In this document: piece by piece, positions 9,116 through 20,154 of the stretch
Layout of the letters: the number at the start of each line of letters is the position of its first letter
How positions within the stretch are numbered: position 1 is the first letter of the stretch
Assembly (NCBI GenBank): GCA_947463125.1
Contig: CANHQZ010000006.1
Location: 5,243 to 69,242 of the forward strand
DNA: 64,000 nucleotides
Source of the DNA: Flavobacteriales bacterium
GTDB lineage: Bacteria; Bacteroidota; Bacteroidia; NS11-12g; UBA955
Direction of reading: 5' to 3'
Program-made: the position numbers and the translations under genes
The notes under the pieces: model-generated
What the model saw: the letters and a program-made list of their open reading frames with translations, nothing else
Told to the model about the DNA's origin: nothing
Database searches by the model: none

Positions 9116-10864
9116 ATGAAAAATACAATTCTTGTTTTGTGTGCCTTGGCCACGGCTACTGCAGCTATTGCGCAAAAAGACAAACAGAAGTCTGAAAAGA
9201 ATGCCACAATATGGAAAGGTTATCCTGTGGCCAGGCAGCTGGCAACCTATAAAACCCTGCCGCTGAAGACAGATATTTCTTCGCTTAGCGAAGCGGAGAA
9301 GGAAACGCTGCGCCACCTCATCCGTGCAGCCAAAACAGCCGACGATATTTTCTGGATACAGGCCTGGGGCGATAAAAATGTGCTTTTAAGCGATGCCAAA
9401 AATGATACCGTGCGCCGGTTTATGGAGCTTAACTACGGCCCCTGGGACCGTCTAAACGACAATGGCCCTTTTGTGAAAGGGGTTGGAGACAAGCCCAAAG
9501 GTGCAAACTTTTATCCCAAAGACATTACCAGGGAGGAATGGAATAATTGGGACCACCTGGATAAAAACAATCCCTACACGATTGTTCAGCGCGATGTCAG
9601 AGGCAACCTGGTGATGGTGCCTTACCATCAGGCATATGAGGAGAAAATCCGGGAAATGGTAAAACATCTTTCACTTGCTGCCAATGCAATTCGCCCGGAG
9701 GACGAACAATTTGCCGGTTTTCTGGAAGAGCGCTGCAATGCACTGTCGCAAAGCGATTACAATAAAAGTGATATAGCCTGGCTGGGCTTGCTCAAAAACA
9801 GGCTGGATATTATCATAGGGCCAATTGAAAATTATGAAGATGAATTCCAGGGGGCCCGCACCGCATTTGAGTCATATGTGTTGATACGCGATATGGCCTG
9901 GACAGGCAAACTGGAAAGATATGTATCGCTGTTGCCTTCCCTGCAGCAAAGCTTGCCGGTGGCAACTGCCTACAAACCCGCACTGGCCATGAATTCTACT
10001 CAGCCGGTTGTTCCCGATGGGAATGCCGGGGTTCAGGCAATTGAGGTAAGCCCTGCGGTATCGGCACAGGCTGCCAGACCGGGCAGTTCACTTGCGGTTT
10101 TTGATGTGGTTTATTACGCCGGGCACAACAATGCAGGCAGCAAAACCATCGCCGTCAATTTGCCCAACGATGAAACCCTGCAGCAGGAATATGGAACCCG
10201 CCGCTCACAGCTGAAAAATGTAATGCAGGCCAAATTTGATAACATGGTAAAACCCATTGCGAACCTCATGTTAAGTGAAGCACAGGCAGCGAAGGTGAAC
10301 TTTGATGCCTTCTTCAACAATGTCATGTTTCATGAAGTGGCGCACGGATTGGGTGTGAAAAATACGGTGAATGGAAAAGGAACGGTGAGGGAAGCACTGG
10401 GTGCCGGTTTTTCTCCCATTGAAGAGTGTAAGGCAGATGTGCTGGGTCTTTACATGATAACCAGATTGCTGGAAAGCGGCGACCTGGAAGGCAATGTGGA
10501 GGACTTTTACATCACATTTGTGGCAGGAACCTTCCGCAGCGTGCGCTTTGGTGCTGCTAGCGCCCATGGAAAAGCGAACATGATCATTTTCAACACCCTG
10601 GTTTCCAAAGGCGCCATCATCCGTCAGAAAGATGGCAAGTACACAGTAAAAGTGCAGGATATGAAAAAGGTCATCAGCAGCCTTGCCGCTGAACTGCTTA
10701 CACTGCAGGGCGATGGAAATATGCAGGGCGTTGCCAATATGTTGGATACCCGCGCCGTTATATCGGATACCCTAAAAGCGGATTTGTCCGCCATTGAGAA
10801 GGCGGGCATTCCCGTAGACCTGATTTTTGAACAGGGAGCGGATGTGCTGGGTTTAGACAAATAA
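9116..10864 (+). CDS. Secreted Zn-metallopeptidase, M49 (dipeptidyl-peptidase III)-like
   Basis: Signal peptide MKNTILVLCALATATAAIAQ. HExxH-type MFHEVAHGLG and downstream EECKADVLG, parallel to the M49 HELLGH/EECRAE pair. Confidence 0.55.
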   Translation: MKNTILVLCALATATAAIAQKDKQKSEKNATIWKGYPVARQLATYKTLPLKTDISSLSEAEKETLRHLIRAAKTADDIFWIQAWGDKNVLLSDAKNDTVRRFMELNYGPWDRLNDNGPFVKGVGDKPKGANFYPKDITREEWNNWDHLDKNNPYTIVQRDVRGNLVMVPYHQAYEEKIREMVKHLSLAANAIRPEDEQFAGFLEERCNALSQSDYNKSDIAWLGLLKNRLDIIIGPIENYEDEFQGARTAFESYVLIRDMAWTGKLERYVSLLPSLQQSLPVATAYKPALAMNSTQPVVPDGNAGVQAIEVSPAVSAQAARPGSSLAVFDVVYYAGHNNAGSKTIAVNLPNDETLQQEYGTRRSQLKNVMQAKFDNMVKPIANLMLSEAQAAKVNFDAFFNNVMFHEVAHGLGVKNTVNGKGTVREALGAGFSPIEECKADVLGLYMITRLLESGDLEGNVEDFYITFVAGTFRSVRFGAASAHGKANMIIFNTLVSKGAIIRQKDGKYTVKVQDMKKVISSLAAELLTLQGDGNMQGVANMLDTRAVISDTLKADLSAIEKAGIPVDLIFEQGADVLGLDK

Positions 10865-10883
10865 TAATCAGACAGATAAATCA

Positions 10884-12974
10884 ATGAGAATAAGATCCTG
10901 GATTTCCTTTTTTACAGTGGGTACCGCATTAACCCTGCTGGTTTTTTGCAGCAATAAAAAATTCACTGCCGGCGATTCACTGCTGGTGCGCGTTACCGGC
11001 ATTCTCTCAGAGAAGCATTATGCGCCGGTCAAAATCAACGATGATTTTTCCAAAAAACTGTATGACAATGTTTTGGAAAAACTGGACGATGATAAGCATT
11101 TTTTTACCCAAGAAGACATCAAAAAACTGGAAAAATACCAGTATTCACTGGATGATCAGATCAAAGCAGGGCGCTATGATTTCTATGACTCTGCCTGGAA
11201 TATTCTGATGAACCGCCTGACCCTGCTGGAGGCCCATTTCAATGCCACACTGGATAAGCCCTTTAATTATGAACAGAATGCCACTTACACGGTTCGTGAA
11301 ACCACGGAAAAATACCAGCCCAATATCAAAGCCCTGAAAGATGACTGGACCTTGTGGCTTCAGTATCAGACGGTGGATAGGCTTTACCGCAAACAGGAGG
11401 CGATGCGCAATGCCAAAGATTCCGCAGGTAAGAATTCCAAGCCGTTTGATACGCTTGAAACCAAAGCCCGTGAAGAAACCCGCAAGTTTTGCACAGACTG
11501 GTTCAAGCGCTGGCGTAAAATGGATAAACGCGATAAAATATCATTTTATGTAAACACCATAACCGAGTTGTACGATCCCCATACGAATTACTATCCACCC
11601 GAAGACAAAGCCAATTTCGATATCAGCATGACCGGCAAACTGGAAGGTATCGGTGCCACGCTGTCAGAGCGCGATGGTTACATCAAAGTGGAGCGAATTG
11701 TGCCAGGGAGTGCCAGTTACCGCCAAGGCGAACTGAAAGCCGGAGATTTGATTATTAAAGTGGGGCAGGGTGCCGCAGAGCCTGTAGATGTGGTGGATAT
11801 GAAACTGGATGACGCCATTCAGCTCATTCGCGGCAAGAAAGGAACAGAAGTACGCCTTACGGTGAAAAAGCCCGATGGGTCCATCAAGGTAATCCCAATC
11901 ATCCGCGAGGTAGTGGTCATTGAGGAAAGCTATGCGCGCAGCGCCATCATTGAATTTGGCGGTAAAAAAATGGGCATCATCCAGTTGCCTAGTTTTTATG
12001 CGGATTTCAGTGAGAAGGGCCGCGGCCGTCACTCATCGCAGGATGTGTACATGGAGCTGCTGAAACTTCAGGATGCAGGTGCTGAGGGTATTATGCTCGA
12101 TCTGCGCAACAATGGCGGCGGCTCTCTCGCCGATGCTATTGACATGGGTGGGCTGTTTATCAAGGAAGGTCCCATTGTGCAGGTGCGTGAGCCGCGCGGT
12201 GGGGTTGACGCTCCCGGCGATCCCGATCCCAATATTGTATACAGCGGACCGCTCCTCATACTCACAAATACCTACAGCGCTTCTGCAAGCGAAATTCTGG
12301 CAGCGGCCATGCAGGACTACAAACGCGCCCTGATCGTAGGTTCGAAAAGCACGTTCGGAAAAGGTACCGTTCAGACCTTTATCCCTATTGGCGGCGGGAG
12401 CTCTGCCGACTTTCCGCGCGGATTTGGTCAGCTCAAAGTAACCATTCAGAAGTTTTACCGTATTAATGGAGGTACCACCCAGCTTAATGGAGTAACCCCC
12501 GATGTTATCATCCCGGATTTATACGATGAAATCCCCCAGGGCGAACGCGAAATGAAGCACCATCTGGCTTTCGACAAAATTAAACCTGCCTCCTACACAC
12601 CTTTCACTGCTGCCCATTTGGCGCAGTTTCCTGCTGCCGTGCAGGCCGCTAAAAGCAGGATTGCCGGCTCCGAACACTTTAACAACGTTCAAAAAAGATC
12701 AAAGAGCCTGGCAGCCATGCGCGATAGCTACACATGGAGCCTGAACCTGAAGAAGTACACAGCCCAGCAAAAGGCACTCAAAGATGAGGAAAAACGCTTC
12801 TCCGACAGCGCCTACAAACCCATGGACCGCAAAATTGAAGCGCTGCTCTCTGACCTGGAAGAAGTGAAAGGGGATGCCGCTCGTGAAGCCCAGCGCAAGG
12901 AGTGGCTGAAAATGTATGCGAAGGACGCCTGGCTGGATCAGGCCATTCTAATGATGCAGGATCTGCTAAAATAA
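10884..12974 (+). CDS. S41 carboxy-terminal processing (tail-specific) protease
   Basis: PDZ-like region (GYIKVERIVPGSASYRQGELKAGDLIIKV). S41 core DLRNNGGGSL, nucleophile SASASEILA, and Lys block FGKGTVQ. 696 aa. Confidence 0.85.
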   Translation: MRIRSWISFFTVGTALTLLVFCSNKKFTAGDSLLVRVTGILSEKHYAPVKINDDFSKKLYDNVLEKLDDDKHFFTQEDIKKLEKYQYSLDDQIKAGRYDFYDSAWNILMNRLTLLEAHFNATLDKPFNYEQNATYTVRETTEKYQPNIKALKDDWTLWLQYQTVDRLYRKQEAMRNAKDSAGKNSKPFDTLETKAREETRKFCTDWFKRWRKMDKRDKISFYVNTITELYDPHTNYYPPEDKANFDISMTGKLEGIGATLSERDGYIKVERIVPGSASYRQGELKAGDLIIKVGQGAAEPVDVVDMKLDDAIQLIRGKKGTEVRLTVKKPDGSIKVIPIIREVVVIEESYARSAIIEFGGKKMGIIQLPSFYADFSEKGRGRHSSQDVYMELLKLQDAGAEGIMLDLRNNGGGSLADAIDMGGLFIKEGPIVQVREPRGGVDAPGDPDPNIVYSGPLLILTNTYSASASEILAAAMQDYKRALIVGSKSTFGKGTVQTFIPIGGGSSADFPRGFGQLKVTIQKFYRINGGTTQLNGVTPDVIIPDLYDEIPQGEREMKHHLAFDKIKPASYTPFTAAHLAQFPAAVQAAKSRIAGSEHFNNVQKRSKSLAAMRDSYTWSLNLKKYTAQQKALKDEEKRFSDSAYKPMDRKIEALLSDLEEVKGDAAREAQRKEWLKMYAKDAWLDQAILMMQDLLK

Positions 12975-12978
12975 GTGA

Positions 12979-13641
12979 TCAGTCGCGCCACAGCGGTGTG
13001 AACAGAATGCCGGACAGCACGAGAACCAAAAAGTTTAGGGCTGCCAGCAGCATTAAGTCTTTGTATACCGAACTGACAAGCAAAGGCTGCAATGCCTTCT
13101 GACTCGCCTGCATCCCAACCAGAATCATGGGTAAAATGACAGGCAAGGACAAGACGGGTGCAACAATTCCGGGCTGATGGGTTTTACCAGCAATAGCAGA
13201 AATCATAGTGAATATGGTAGAAATGCCCAGTCCGGTGAGGAATAAAGCAGCCATGTAAACCATGCCATGCTGCACCGGATAGCCGAGCAGGAGCGAGAAA
13301 ACCAACAGGTTTAATACACTGAAAACAGCCATGAGCAGGCCATGATAAGTGATTTTGGATAGCACTGTCATAAAGGGTGAAGCCAGCTGATTTAGATAAA
13401 TCCAGCGGCTACGGGAAACACTAGTAAAACCGCGGGAAATAGACTGAAACGTGCTGAAAATGAGTGAAATCCAAAACAGGCTGTTCCAGGTTTTTATTTG
13501 TATGTTGCTGTTTCCCAAATAACATAGCATTCCTATGGTAAGCAGCTGCAGCATCGCGGCAGACAGAAAAAAGGGCTTGCGCAAATCGGCTGCAATCTCA
13601 TTGTTTACCAAAATCCAAAACCTTCGAATACCGTTTTGCAT
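12979..13641 (-). CDS. CcmB-like ABC-exporter permease (heme exporter protein B family)
   Basis: 220 aa with six hydrophobic segments. Length and blocks (FWISLIFSTFQSISRGF, LSLPVILPMILVG) parallel E. coli CcmB from memory. No ccmA or ccmC is adjacent. Confidence 0.45.
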   Translation of the reverse strand: MQNGIRRFWILVNNEIAADLRKPFFLSAAMLQLLTIGMLCYLGNSNIQIKTWNSLFWISLIFSTFQSISRGFTSVSRSRWIYLNQLASPFMTVLSKITYHGLLMAVFSVLNLLVFSLLLGYPVQHGMVYMAALFLTGLGISTIFTMISAIAGKTHQPGIVAPVLSLPVILPMILVGMQASQKALQPLLVSSVYKDLMLLAALNFLVLVLSGILFTPLWRD

Positions 13642-13719
13642 GCAGAAATTCTGTTTTACCTTCGCGAAGGTAATTCAATCATCGATTATTATAACGAAAC
13701 CAACGCCAATACCTTTTTA

Positions 13720-15225
13720 ATGCCTCACTTTAAGAAAATACTGATTGCCAACCGCGGTGAAATAGCCATTCGCGTTATGCGCACCTGCCGGGAGCTTGGC
13801 ATCCCAACCGTGGCGGTCTATTCCGAGGCCGATAAACAGGCACTCCACGTGCGGTATGCCGATGAATCTTACTGCATTGGAACAGCGGCTTCTTCCGATA
13901 GTTACCTTCGCCAGGACCGTATTCTTGAGGTCATCAAAAAAGCCGGTGTGGATGCAGTTCATCCCGGTTATGGTTTTCTGAGTGAGAATGCCACTTTCGC
14001 CCGTCTCTTGCGCGAAAATGGGATTACCCTGATAGGCCCGTCACCGGAAAGCATGGATATGATGGGGGATAAAATCCGCAGCAAACAGGCGGTTGAGAAA
14101 TATGGTGTTCCGCTGGTTCCTGGCATCAACGATGCCATCACGGATGATGCTGCGGCCTTGCAAATTGCAAAACAGGTAGGTTTTCCTGTGCTGGTAAAAG
14201 CCAGTGCCGGAGGCGGCGGAAAAGGAATGCGCGTGGTGTATGCGGAAAATGAATTCGCACAGGCTGTGCAAACCGCCAGGAGCGAGGCCAGAAGCGCCTT
14301 TGGCGATGACAGTGTATTTATTGAAAAATACGTGAGCGGTCCCAGGCACATTGAGTTTCAGATTATGGCCGATACCCATGGAAATGTTTGCCACTTGTTT
14401 GAACGGGAATGCAGCATACAGCGACGCCATCAAAAACTGGTAGAAGAGGCTCCCAGCGCAGTGCTTACACCTGAATTAAGAAACCGCATGGGTGAAGCAG
14501 CCGTAAACGTGGCCAGGGCCTGCAACTATACCGGTGCCGGAACGGTTGAGTTTTTGCTCGGAGATGACGGGAATTTTTACTTCCTGGAAATGAATACGCG
14601 TCTGCAGGTGGAACACCCCGTTACAGAATGCATCACCGGTCTTGATCTGGTAAAAGAACAAATAAAGGTGGCCGCCGGCCTGCCACTCAGCTTTTCGCAG
14701 GAATCGCTGAAAATAAATGGCCATGCGGTAGAACTGCGGGTGTGTGCTGAAGATCCCCGCAACAACTTCCTGCCAAGCGTGGGTACCCTCACCGATTATG
14801 CCATACCCAAAGGGCCGGGATTACGCGTGGATGACTGCATGGAAGCCGGCATGGAAATTCCTATTTTTTATGACAACATGATTTCCAAACTCATCGCCTG
14901 GGGCGAAGACCGTGAAACTGCCATAGCAAGACTCATTCGCGCTATCGATGAATACAGAATTACCGGTATTGAAACCACACTTGATTTTGGAAAGTTTGTA
15001 CTCAATCATCCTGACTTCAGGGCAGGAAAATTCGATACGCATTTTATCGCCAAGCACTACAACCCGGAGGAGCAAACAGGAGAAGTGCTCTCAGCAGAAG
15101 AGCAAAGCGCGGCAGCCATGGCAGCCGTAGCCTTTTTCCAGGGTTCAAAGGCAGCCTCCGAAGTTCCCGCAGCCTCTGCCACGGAAAGCGCCTGGCTGAA
15201 AAATAGGAAAAGTTATTATTCTTAA
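13720..15225 (+). CDS. accC: Biotin carboxylase (acetyl/acyl-CoA carboxylase subunit)
   Basis: MPHFKKILIANRGEIAIRVMRTCRELGI, ATP-grasp KASAGGGGKGMRVV, and EMNTRLQVEHPVTE. About 50 aa of Ala/Ser-rich C-terminal extension and no biotinyl domain. Confidence 0.85.
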   Translation: MPHFKKILIANRGEIAIRVMRTCRELGIPTVAVYSEADKQALHVRYADESYCIGTAASSDSYLRQDRILEVIKKAGVDAVHPGYGFLSENATFARLLRENGITLIGPSPESMDMMGDKIRSKQAVEKYGVPLVPGINDAITDDAAALQIAKQVGFPVLVKASAGGGGKGMRVVYAENEFAQAVQTARSEARSAFGDDSVFIEKYVSGPRHIEFQIMADTHGNVCHLFERECSIQRRHQKLVEEAPSAVLTPELRNRMGEAAVNVARACNYTGAGTVEFLLGDDGNFYFLEMNTRLQVEHPVTECITGLDLVKEQIKVAAGLPLSFSQESLKINGHAVELRVCAEDPRNNFLPSVGTLTDYAIPKGPGLRVDDCMEAGMEIPIFYDNMISKLIAWGEDRETAIARLIRAIDEYRITGIETTLDFGKFVLNHPDFRAGKFDTHFIAKHYNPEEQTGEVLSAEEQSAAAMAAVAFFQGSKAASEVPAASATESAWLKNRKSYYS

Positions 15226-15236
15226 GCGCTGAAGGC

Positions 15237-16187
15237 ATGAAATCCGAACACCATGCCGTATTGATTGTGGATGATTTTCATCCTTTGCTGATGGATACCC
15301 TCACGGCTTCGGGAATTTCTTTTGTGTATGAACCGGCAGCAGATAGGGCGCGCATCCTGGAATTGCTTGAGAATGATTTTACCGGTTTGATTATTCGAAG
15401 CAAAACACGCGTAGACAAAGAATTACTCCAGGCTTCCTCCCGGTTAAGGTGGGTAGCACGCGGTGGTTCCGGCATGGATAATTTGGATGAAAAAACAGCA
15501 TCTTTGCTGGGAATAGAATTGTTTAATGCAGCTGCGGCCAATGCGGATGCCGTTGCCGAACACACAGTGGGAATGTTGCTTTCGCTGCTTCATAATCTGT
15601 CCCGCGCAGATGCGGAGGTGAGAAGCCGTATTTGGCGGCGCGAAGAAAACCGGGGAACAGAGTTAAAAGGGAAAACCGTGGGCATCATCGGATTTGGTAA
15701 TACCGGAAGTGCGGTTGCGCAGTACCTGCAAGGCTTTGGGGTAAATGTCATCGCCTACGATAAATATAAGCAAAATTTTGGAAACATACAAGTAAAAGAG
15801 GTGAATTTGAGCGAATTACAGCAGGCGTCAGATATCATTACACTGCATGTGCCATTGACCGATGAAACCCGGTACATGGTAAATGAATCTTTTATTAAAA
15901 AATGCCGCAAGCCCTTTTATCTGTTGAATCTTAGTCGTGGGGATATTGTCAAAACCACCGATGTGATTGAAGCTATGGAAAATAACCATATCGCCGGATT
16001 TGCCGCCGACGTGCTGGAGAATGAACGGTTGCAAAAGTTTACCGAAGCAGAAAATAAATGGTTTAATGCGCTTGTTCAGAATCCCCGCGTGGTTCTTGCC
16101 CCCCATATTGGAGGTTGGACCCATGAAAGCTACCGCAAAATTTCTGAGGTTCTGGCTGCTGAAGTGTGCAGGCGAATGTCATTGTAA
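15237..16187 (+). CDS. D-isomer-specific 2-hydroxyacid dehydrogenase (phosphoglycerate dehydrogenase-like)
   Basis: NAD fold GKTVGIIGFGNTGSAV plus the catalytic R/E/H pattern (LSRGDIV ... APHIGGWT). 316 aa with no ACT domain. Confidence 0.75.
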   Translation: MKSEHHAVLIVDDFHPLLMDTLTASGISFVYEPAADRARILELLENDFTGLIIRSKTRVDKELLQASSRLRWVARGGSGMDNLDEKTASLLGIELFNAAAANADAVAEHTVGMLLSLLHNLSRADAEVRSRIWRREENRGTELKGKTVGIIGFGNTGSAVAQYLQGFGVNVIAYDKYKQNFGNIQVKEVNLSELQQASDIITLHVPLTDETRYMVNESFIKKCRKPFYLLNLSRGDIVKTTDVIEAMENNHIAGFAADVLENERLQKFTEAENKWFNALVQNPRVVLAPHIGGWTHESYRKISEVLAAEVCRRMSL

Positions 16188-16375
16188 AGTCAAGTGAAAT
16201 GTTGTTTTGTCACAGCATTGTTGCTTTAAGCCTGTAATTCAATCTTTTTGTCACAAAAAAAGCAGGTTTTTGCCACCTTAATTTATCGGTTTGTTAAATC
16301 GTTGTTTTTTGGGTAAACTTGCAAACGAAACTCCGGATAAAAAGCAGGGTTTCATCGACTAAACGAAAAAGACAT

Positions 16376-19300
16376 ATGAACAGAACTATACTTAAGTTTC
16401 TTTTTGTAACCATCCTCAGTCTCAGCGCGGCAGCAGCCAAGGCACAAACCAGCTTTGCCGACTTCCGCGTAAAGGTGACTTTTAAAGGTGCATCCGTTTC
16501 GGGTGCCGTTATCAAAATGTCCAAGAATGACATTCTGGTAAAAACCGACACCACGGACAGCGATGGTTATTGTGTATTCCAAACCCTGGATCCAGGAACC
16601 TATGAAATGGAAGTGGAAAAGGGCGGCTACAACCCGGTTAAACTAGAGATTCCCCTCTCAGCAGGTCTGAACCCCCAGCAGGATGTTTCACTTACCCAGG
16701 GAATGGGAACGCTCGTAATTACCGGTGTTGCCAAGAAATCTCCGGTTGATCTCATCAAAAATGAACGTTCCGTGTCCAACAAACAGCTGCTGCAAGGCAG
16801 TCAGCGCGGTCTGAATGCGGTAATCTCCACCAACGCTGCAGTGGTAGCCACCACGCAGGGTGTTTCGGTAAGGGGGACCCGCGCAGATGGTAACGGAACC
16901 TTCATTGACGGTATGCGTGTGATTGGTTCAGGCGCACTGCCTACACTTGGAACAGATGCAATTGCTGCCAATATTGGTGGTATTCCTGCCATGTACGGTG
17001 ACCTTACCGGTGGTGCTTTCAGCTACACCTCTCGCGGCGCTACAGCCAAATTGGTTACCGCTGTGGAAGGGATTACCTCACAGGGGCTCGATCCTTTCGG
17101 ATATAATACAGTGGAAGGTTTTGTGTCAGGTCCACTCTGGAAAAAGAAATACAAGGACGAAACTGGCACCACCAAAGAGTTGGTAAAGCTCGGTTTTGTT
17201 CTGAACGGAAATCTGGGTTACTTCAAAGATCCTGCGCCCACCCGCACAGGTGTGTATGTGGTAAAAGAAGATAAACTCCGTGAACTTGAGGAAAATCCGC
17301 TGATGATGACCCCCAGTGGTTTCATACACCGTGGTTCTTATCTGCGCGAAGATGATTTTGAACGCCTGAAAGCACGTCCAAATTCTCCTTTGTATCAGGG
17401 CAATTTTATAGGTAAACTGGAATTCCGCCCCAACAACCAGGTAACCGTAACAGGCTATGCTTCTTATTTCTACAGCCAGGGTCTTGCAGCCAGCAACTCT
17501 GTGATGAACTTCAAGAACAACGCCCGCTCAGACAACTCTACATTCAGAAGTTATCTGCAATTCACCCAGAACTTTAAGGTAGATAAAAACAGCAGCATTA
17601 AAAGTGCTTTCTATACGGCACGTCTGGAATACCAGGATGCATCGGGTATGGGTCGCGATGCCAACCACCTGGACAACATATTTGATTATGGTTATGTGGG
17701 AACTTTTCAGTCGTTCCCCATGCCAGTATTCCAATACTCCAATTATGACGGTCAGCAGAATCCAAATAAAGATCCACGCACTGTTACAGACCAGTTTGGC
17801 AATACTGTGCAGCTGAGAAACTACTGGGAGCTCGTAGGTTATTCTGATACCTTAATGACTTTCACCCCCAGCAATCTCAATCCACTGAGGGCCCGCTACA
17901 CGCAAAATGTTTATGACTATTATGCCAGCCGTGGTTTCAGTGTAAGGAATTCATCCCAGGTGATTCAAAGCCAGGGGCTGATGAACGGATTTAACCCCAA
18001 TAATATCTATTCTCTGTGGGGTACTCCCGGCGGTATTACCAGCGGATTCAGTAAAAATCAATCTCAGCGTTTTTCGCTGTTTGCTATTGGTCAGATGCAG
18101 GTTAAGCCCAAGACTGTGGGTGGACGTGAACGTACCCCCCATGACCTGCAGGCGGGTATTTACTACGAACAGCAAATCTCACGGGGCTACGGTCTAAACG
18201 CAAATGGTCTTTGGGTTTTGATGGGCCAGCTGATGAACCGTCATATCTCTGAATTGGATCGCAACAACCCTATCCTTAGTTATGATGCAAACGGTATTTT
18301 CACCGATACTGTACGTTACAATCGCCTCATTAACTATGCCGACCAAAGCAATTTTGACCGCTCTTTCCGCAACAAACTGATTTCTCAGGGAGCCCGTGAT
18401 GTTTATGGAAACGCGGTAGATGAGCGCACTTTCGTGGATATCAACAGCTACAAACCCGGTGATTTCTCCATTAATATGTTTACGGCCGATGAGCTACTTA
18501 ACAATGGTAACGGCATAGTAAACTATTTTGGTTATGATCACATGGGCAATAAAGTGTTCAGAAAGCCTGCCATTGAAGAGTTTCTGAACGATCCAACAAT
18601 GCGCACTATTGGTGCCTTTAGACCCGTTTACATGGCTGCCTGGTTGCAGGACCAGTTTCAGTTTAAAGACCTTGTTTTCCGCTTAGGTCTGCGCATGGAA
18701 AGCTACGATGCAAACCAGTTTGTGCTGAAAGATCCTTATACCCTGCATCCGATTCGCACAGCTGCTGAGGTTAAACAAATCAATGGTCTTGAAGTAAATC
18801 ATCCTGGCAACATCGGCAGCAACTATGCTGTATATGTAAACGACCTGAAGTCTCCAACCAAAATTGTTGGTTATCGCAATGGAGACCGCTGGTATAATGC
18901 AGATGGCAGTGAGCAGCGTAACCCTGAGTTCCTGGCCAACCAAACTTCAAACGGACGAATTGCTCCTTACCTGGTAGCAACCAATACGGATAGCCTCGTG
19001 CTCGGAAAAGACGCCTTACGCGACTTTACCCCTGCCCTGAATTTCCTTCCCCGCATTTGGTTCAGCTTCCCGCTGGAACCCGGTCGCAAAACATTCTATG
19101 TGAGCTATGACGTTCTGGCGCAAAGACCTAACAGCGGTGCTTCATTCCTTACCATAGATGAACTGTATTACCTCAAAAACCGTCAGGGTGCTACCATCTC
19201 AAACGGTGATCTGAAAAGCCGTGTTAAAACCGACTACGAAGTGGGTTACAAACAACTCTTTGGCCGCAAGAAGAACAAAGGTCTTGAAATGGCAGCTTCT

Positions 19301-20128
19301 TACTCAGAAATCCGCCGTGATTTTGGTCTGTACCAGATTGCCCAAGGCTTCCCTGTTACCTACACTACCTTCCGCAACATTGATTTCGCAACCATCACCG
19401 GTTTCCGCGGAACTTTCGTTATGGAAGAAATAGGTCCCCTGAGCCTGCTCGCCAGCTACATGATGCAGTTTGCAGATGGTACAGGTTCTAATATCAACTC
19501 TCAGGCTGCACTGATTGCCAGTAATCAGCCAAACCTGAGAAATGTGATTCCGCTGGGCGAACTGGATATCCGTCACAACGTTAAATTATCAGCAACCTGG
19601 GCCTGGGGCGGAGGTAAAGACTTTAAAACCAAAAAGAACCTTTACAATGGTCCAATCGTAGGCGGAAAAGAAATCTTCAAGTTTACCAGCTTCAACATCA
19701 TTGCCAACGCTTACAGTGGCGCTCCTTACACCCCCACAACCCGACCTGTTCAGATAGGTGCAGTTGACAGAGCGCAAATTAAAGGTGTTCCATTCGGAGC
19801 CCGTCTTCCCTGGCAGCAAACTATTGATATCAATATTACCAAAGGTTTCAGCCTGAAGCGTTCCGGCAAAGACAATCCACTGCAGTTGAATGTTTTCTTG
19901 TGGGTACAGAACGTACTCAACACCAGAAATGTTGTGGGTGTGTTTCCCTTTACAGGTCAGCCCATGGATGATGGTTTCCTGAACTCTCAGGCTGGTCAGC
20001 TGCTGGTTCGCAACCAGATTGATGCCCAGAGCTACACCGATCTCTACAAAATCCTGTTGAATTCTCAAACCGGCAATTTTGGTGCCCCCAGAAATGCCCG
20101 TTTAGGTATACGTATGAATTTTAATTAA
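16376..20128 (+). CDS. TonB-dependent-receptor-like outer-membrane barrel with N-terminal CarboxypepD_reg domain
   Basis: Signal peptide MNRTILKFLFVTILSLSAAAAKAQ. Ig-like domain (DSDGYCVFQTLDPGTYEMEVEKGGY). Plug block (GVSVRGTRADGNGTFIDGMRV ... GGAFSYTSR). Long beta-rich body ending in an aromatic residue (GIRMNFN). Confidence 0.7.
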   Translation: MNRTILKFLFVTILSLSAAAAKAQTSFADFRVKVTFKGASVSGAVIKMSKNDILVKTDTTDSDGYCVFQTLDPGTYEMEVEKGGYNPVKLEIPLSAGLNPQQDVSLTQGMGTLVITGVAKKSPVDLIKNERSVSNKQLLQGSQRGLNAVISTNAAVVATTQGVSVRGTRADGNGTFIDGMRVIGSGALPTLGTDAIAANIGGIPAMYGDLTGGAFSYTSRGATAKLVTAVEGITSQGLDPFGYNTVEGFVSGPLWKKKYKDETGTTKELVKLGFVLNGNLGYFKDPAPTRTGVYVVKEDKLRELEENPLMMTPSGFIHRGSYLREDDFERLKARPNSPLYQGNFIGKLEFRPNNQVTVTGYASYFYSQGLAASNSVMNFKNNARSDNSTFRSYLQFTQNFKVDKNSSIKSAFYTARLEYQDASGMGRDANHLDNIFDYGYVGTFQSFPMPVFQYSNYDGQQNPNKDPRTVTDQFGNTVQLRNYWELVGYSDTLMTFTPSNLNPLRARYTQNVYDYYASRGFSVRNSSQVIQSQGLMNGFNPNNIYSLWGTPGGITSGFSKNQSQRFSLFAIGQMQVKPKTVGGRERTPHDLQAGIYYEQQISRGYGLNANGLWVLMGQLMNRHISELDRNNPILSYDANGIFTDTVRYNRLINYADQSNFDRSFRNKLISQGARDVYGNAVDERTFVDINSYKPGDFSINMFTADELLNNGNGIVNYFGYDHMGNKVFRKPAIEEFLNDPTMRTIGAFRPVYMAAWLQDQFQFKDLVFRLGLRMESYDANQFVLKDPYTLHPIRTAAEVKQINGLEVNHPGNIGSNYAVYVNDLKSPTKIVGYRNGDRWYNADGSEQRNPEFLANQTSNGRIAPYLVATNTDSLVLGKDALRDFTPALNFLPRIWFSFPLEPGRKTFYVSYDVLAQRPNSGASFLTIDELYYLKNRQGATISNGDLKSRVKTDYEVGYKQLFGRKKNKGLEMAASYSEIRRDFGLYQIAQGFPVTYTTFRNIDFATITGFRGTFVMEEIGPLSLLASYMMQFADGTGSNINSQAALIASNQPNLRNVIPLGELDIRHNVKLSATWAWGGGKDFKTKKNLYNGPIVGGKEIFKFTSFNIIANAYSGAPYTPTTRPVQIGAVDRAQIKGVPFGARLPWQQTIDINITKGFSLKRSGKDNPLQLNVFLWVQNVLNTRNVVGVFPFTGQPMDDGFLNSQAGQLLVRNQIDAQSYTDLYKILLNSQTGNFGAPRNARLGIRMNFN

Positions 20129-20154
20129 TGTTTTACTTCAATTACAGAAATCAA

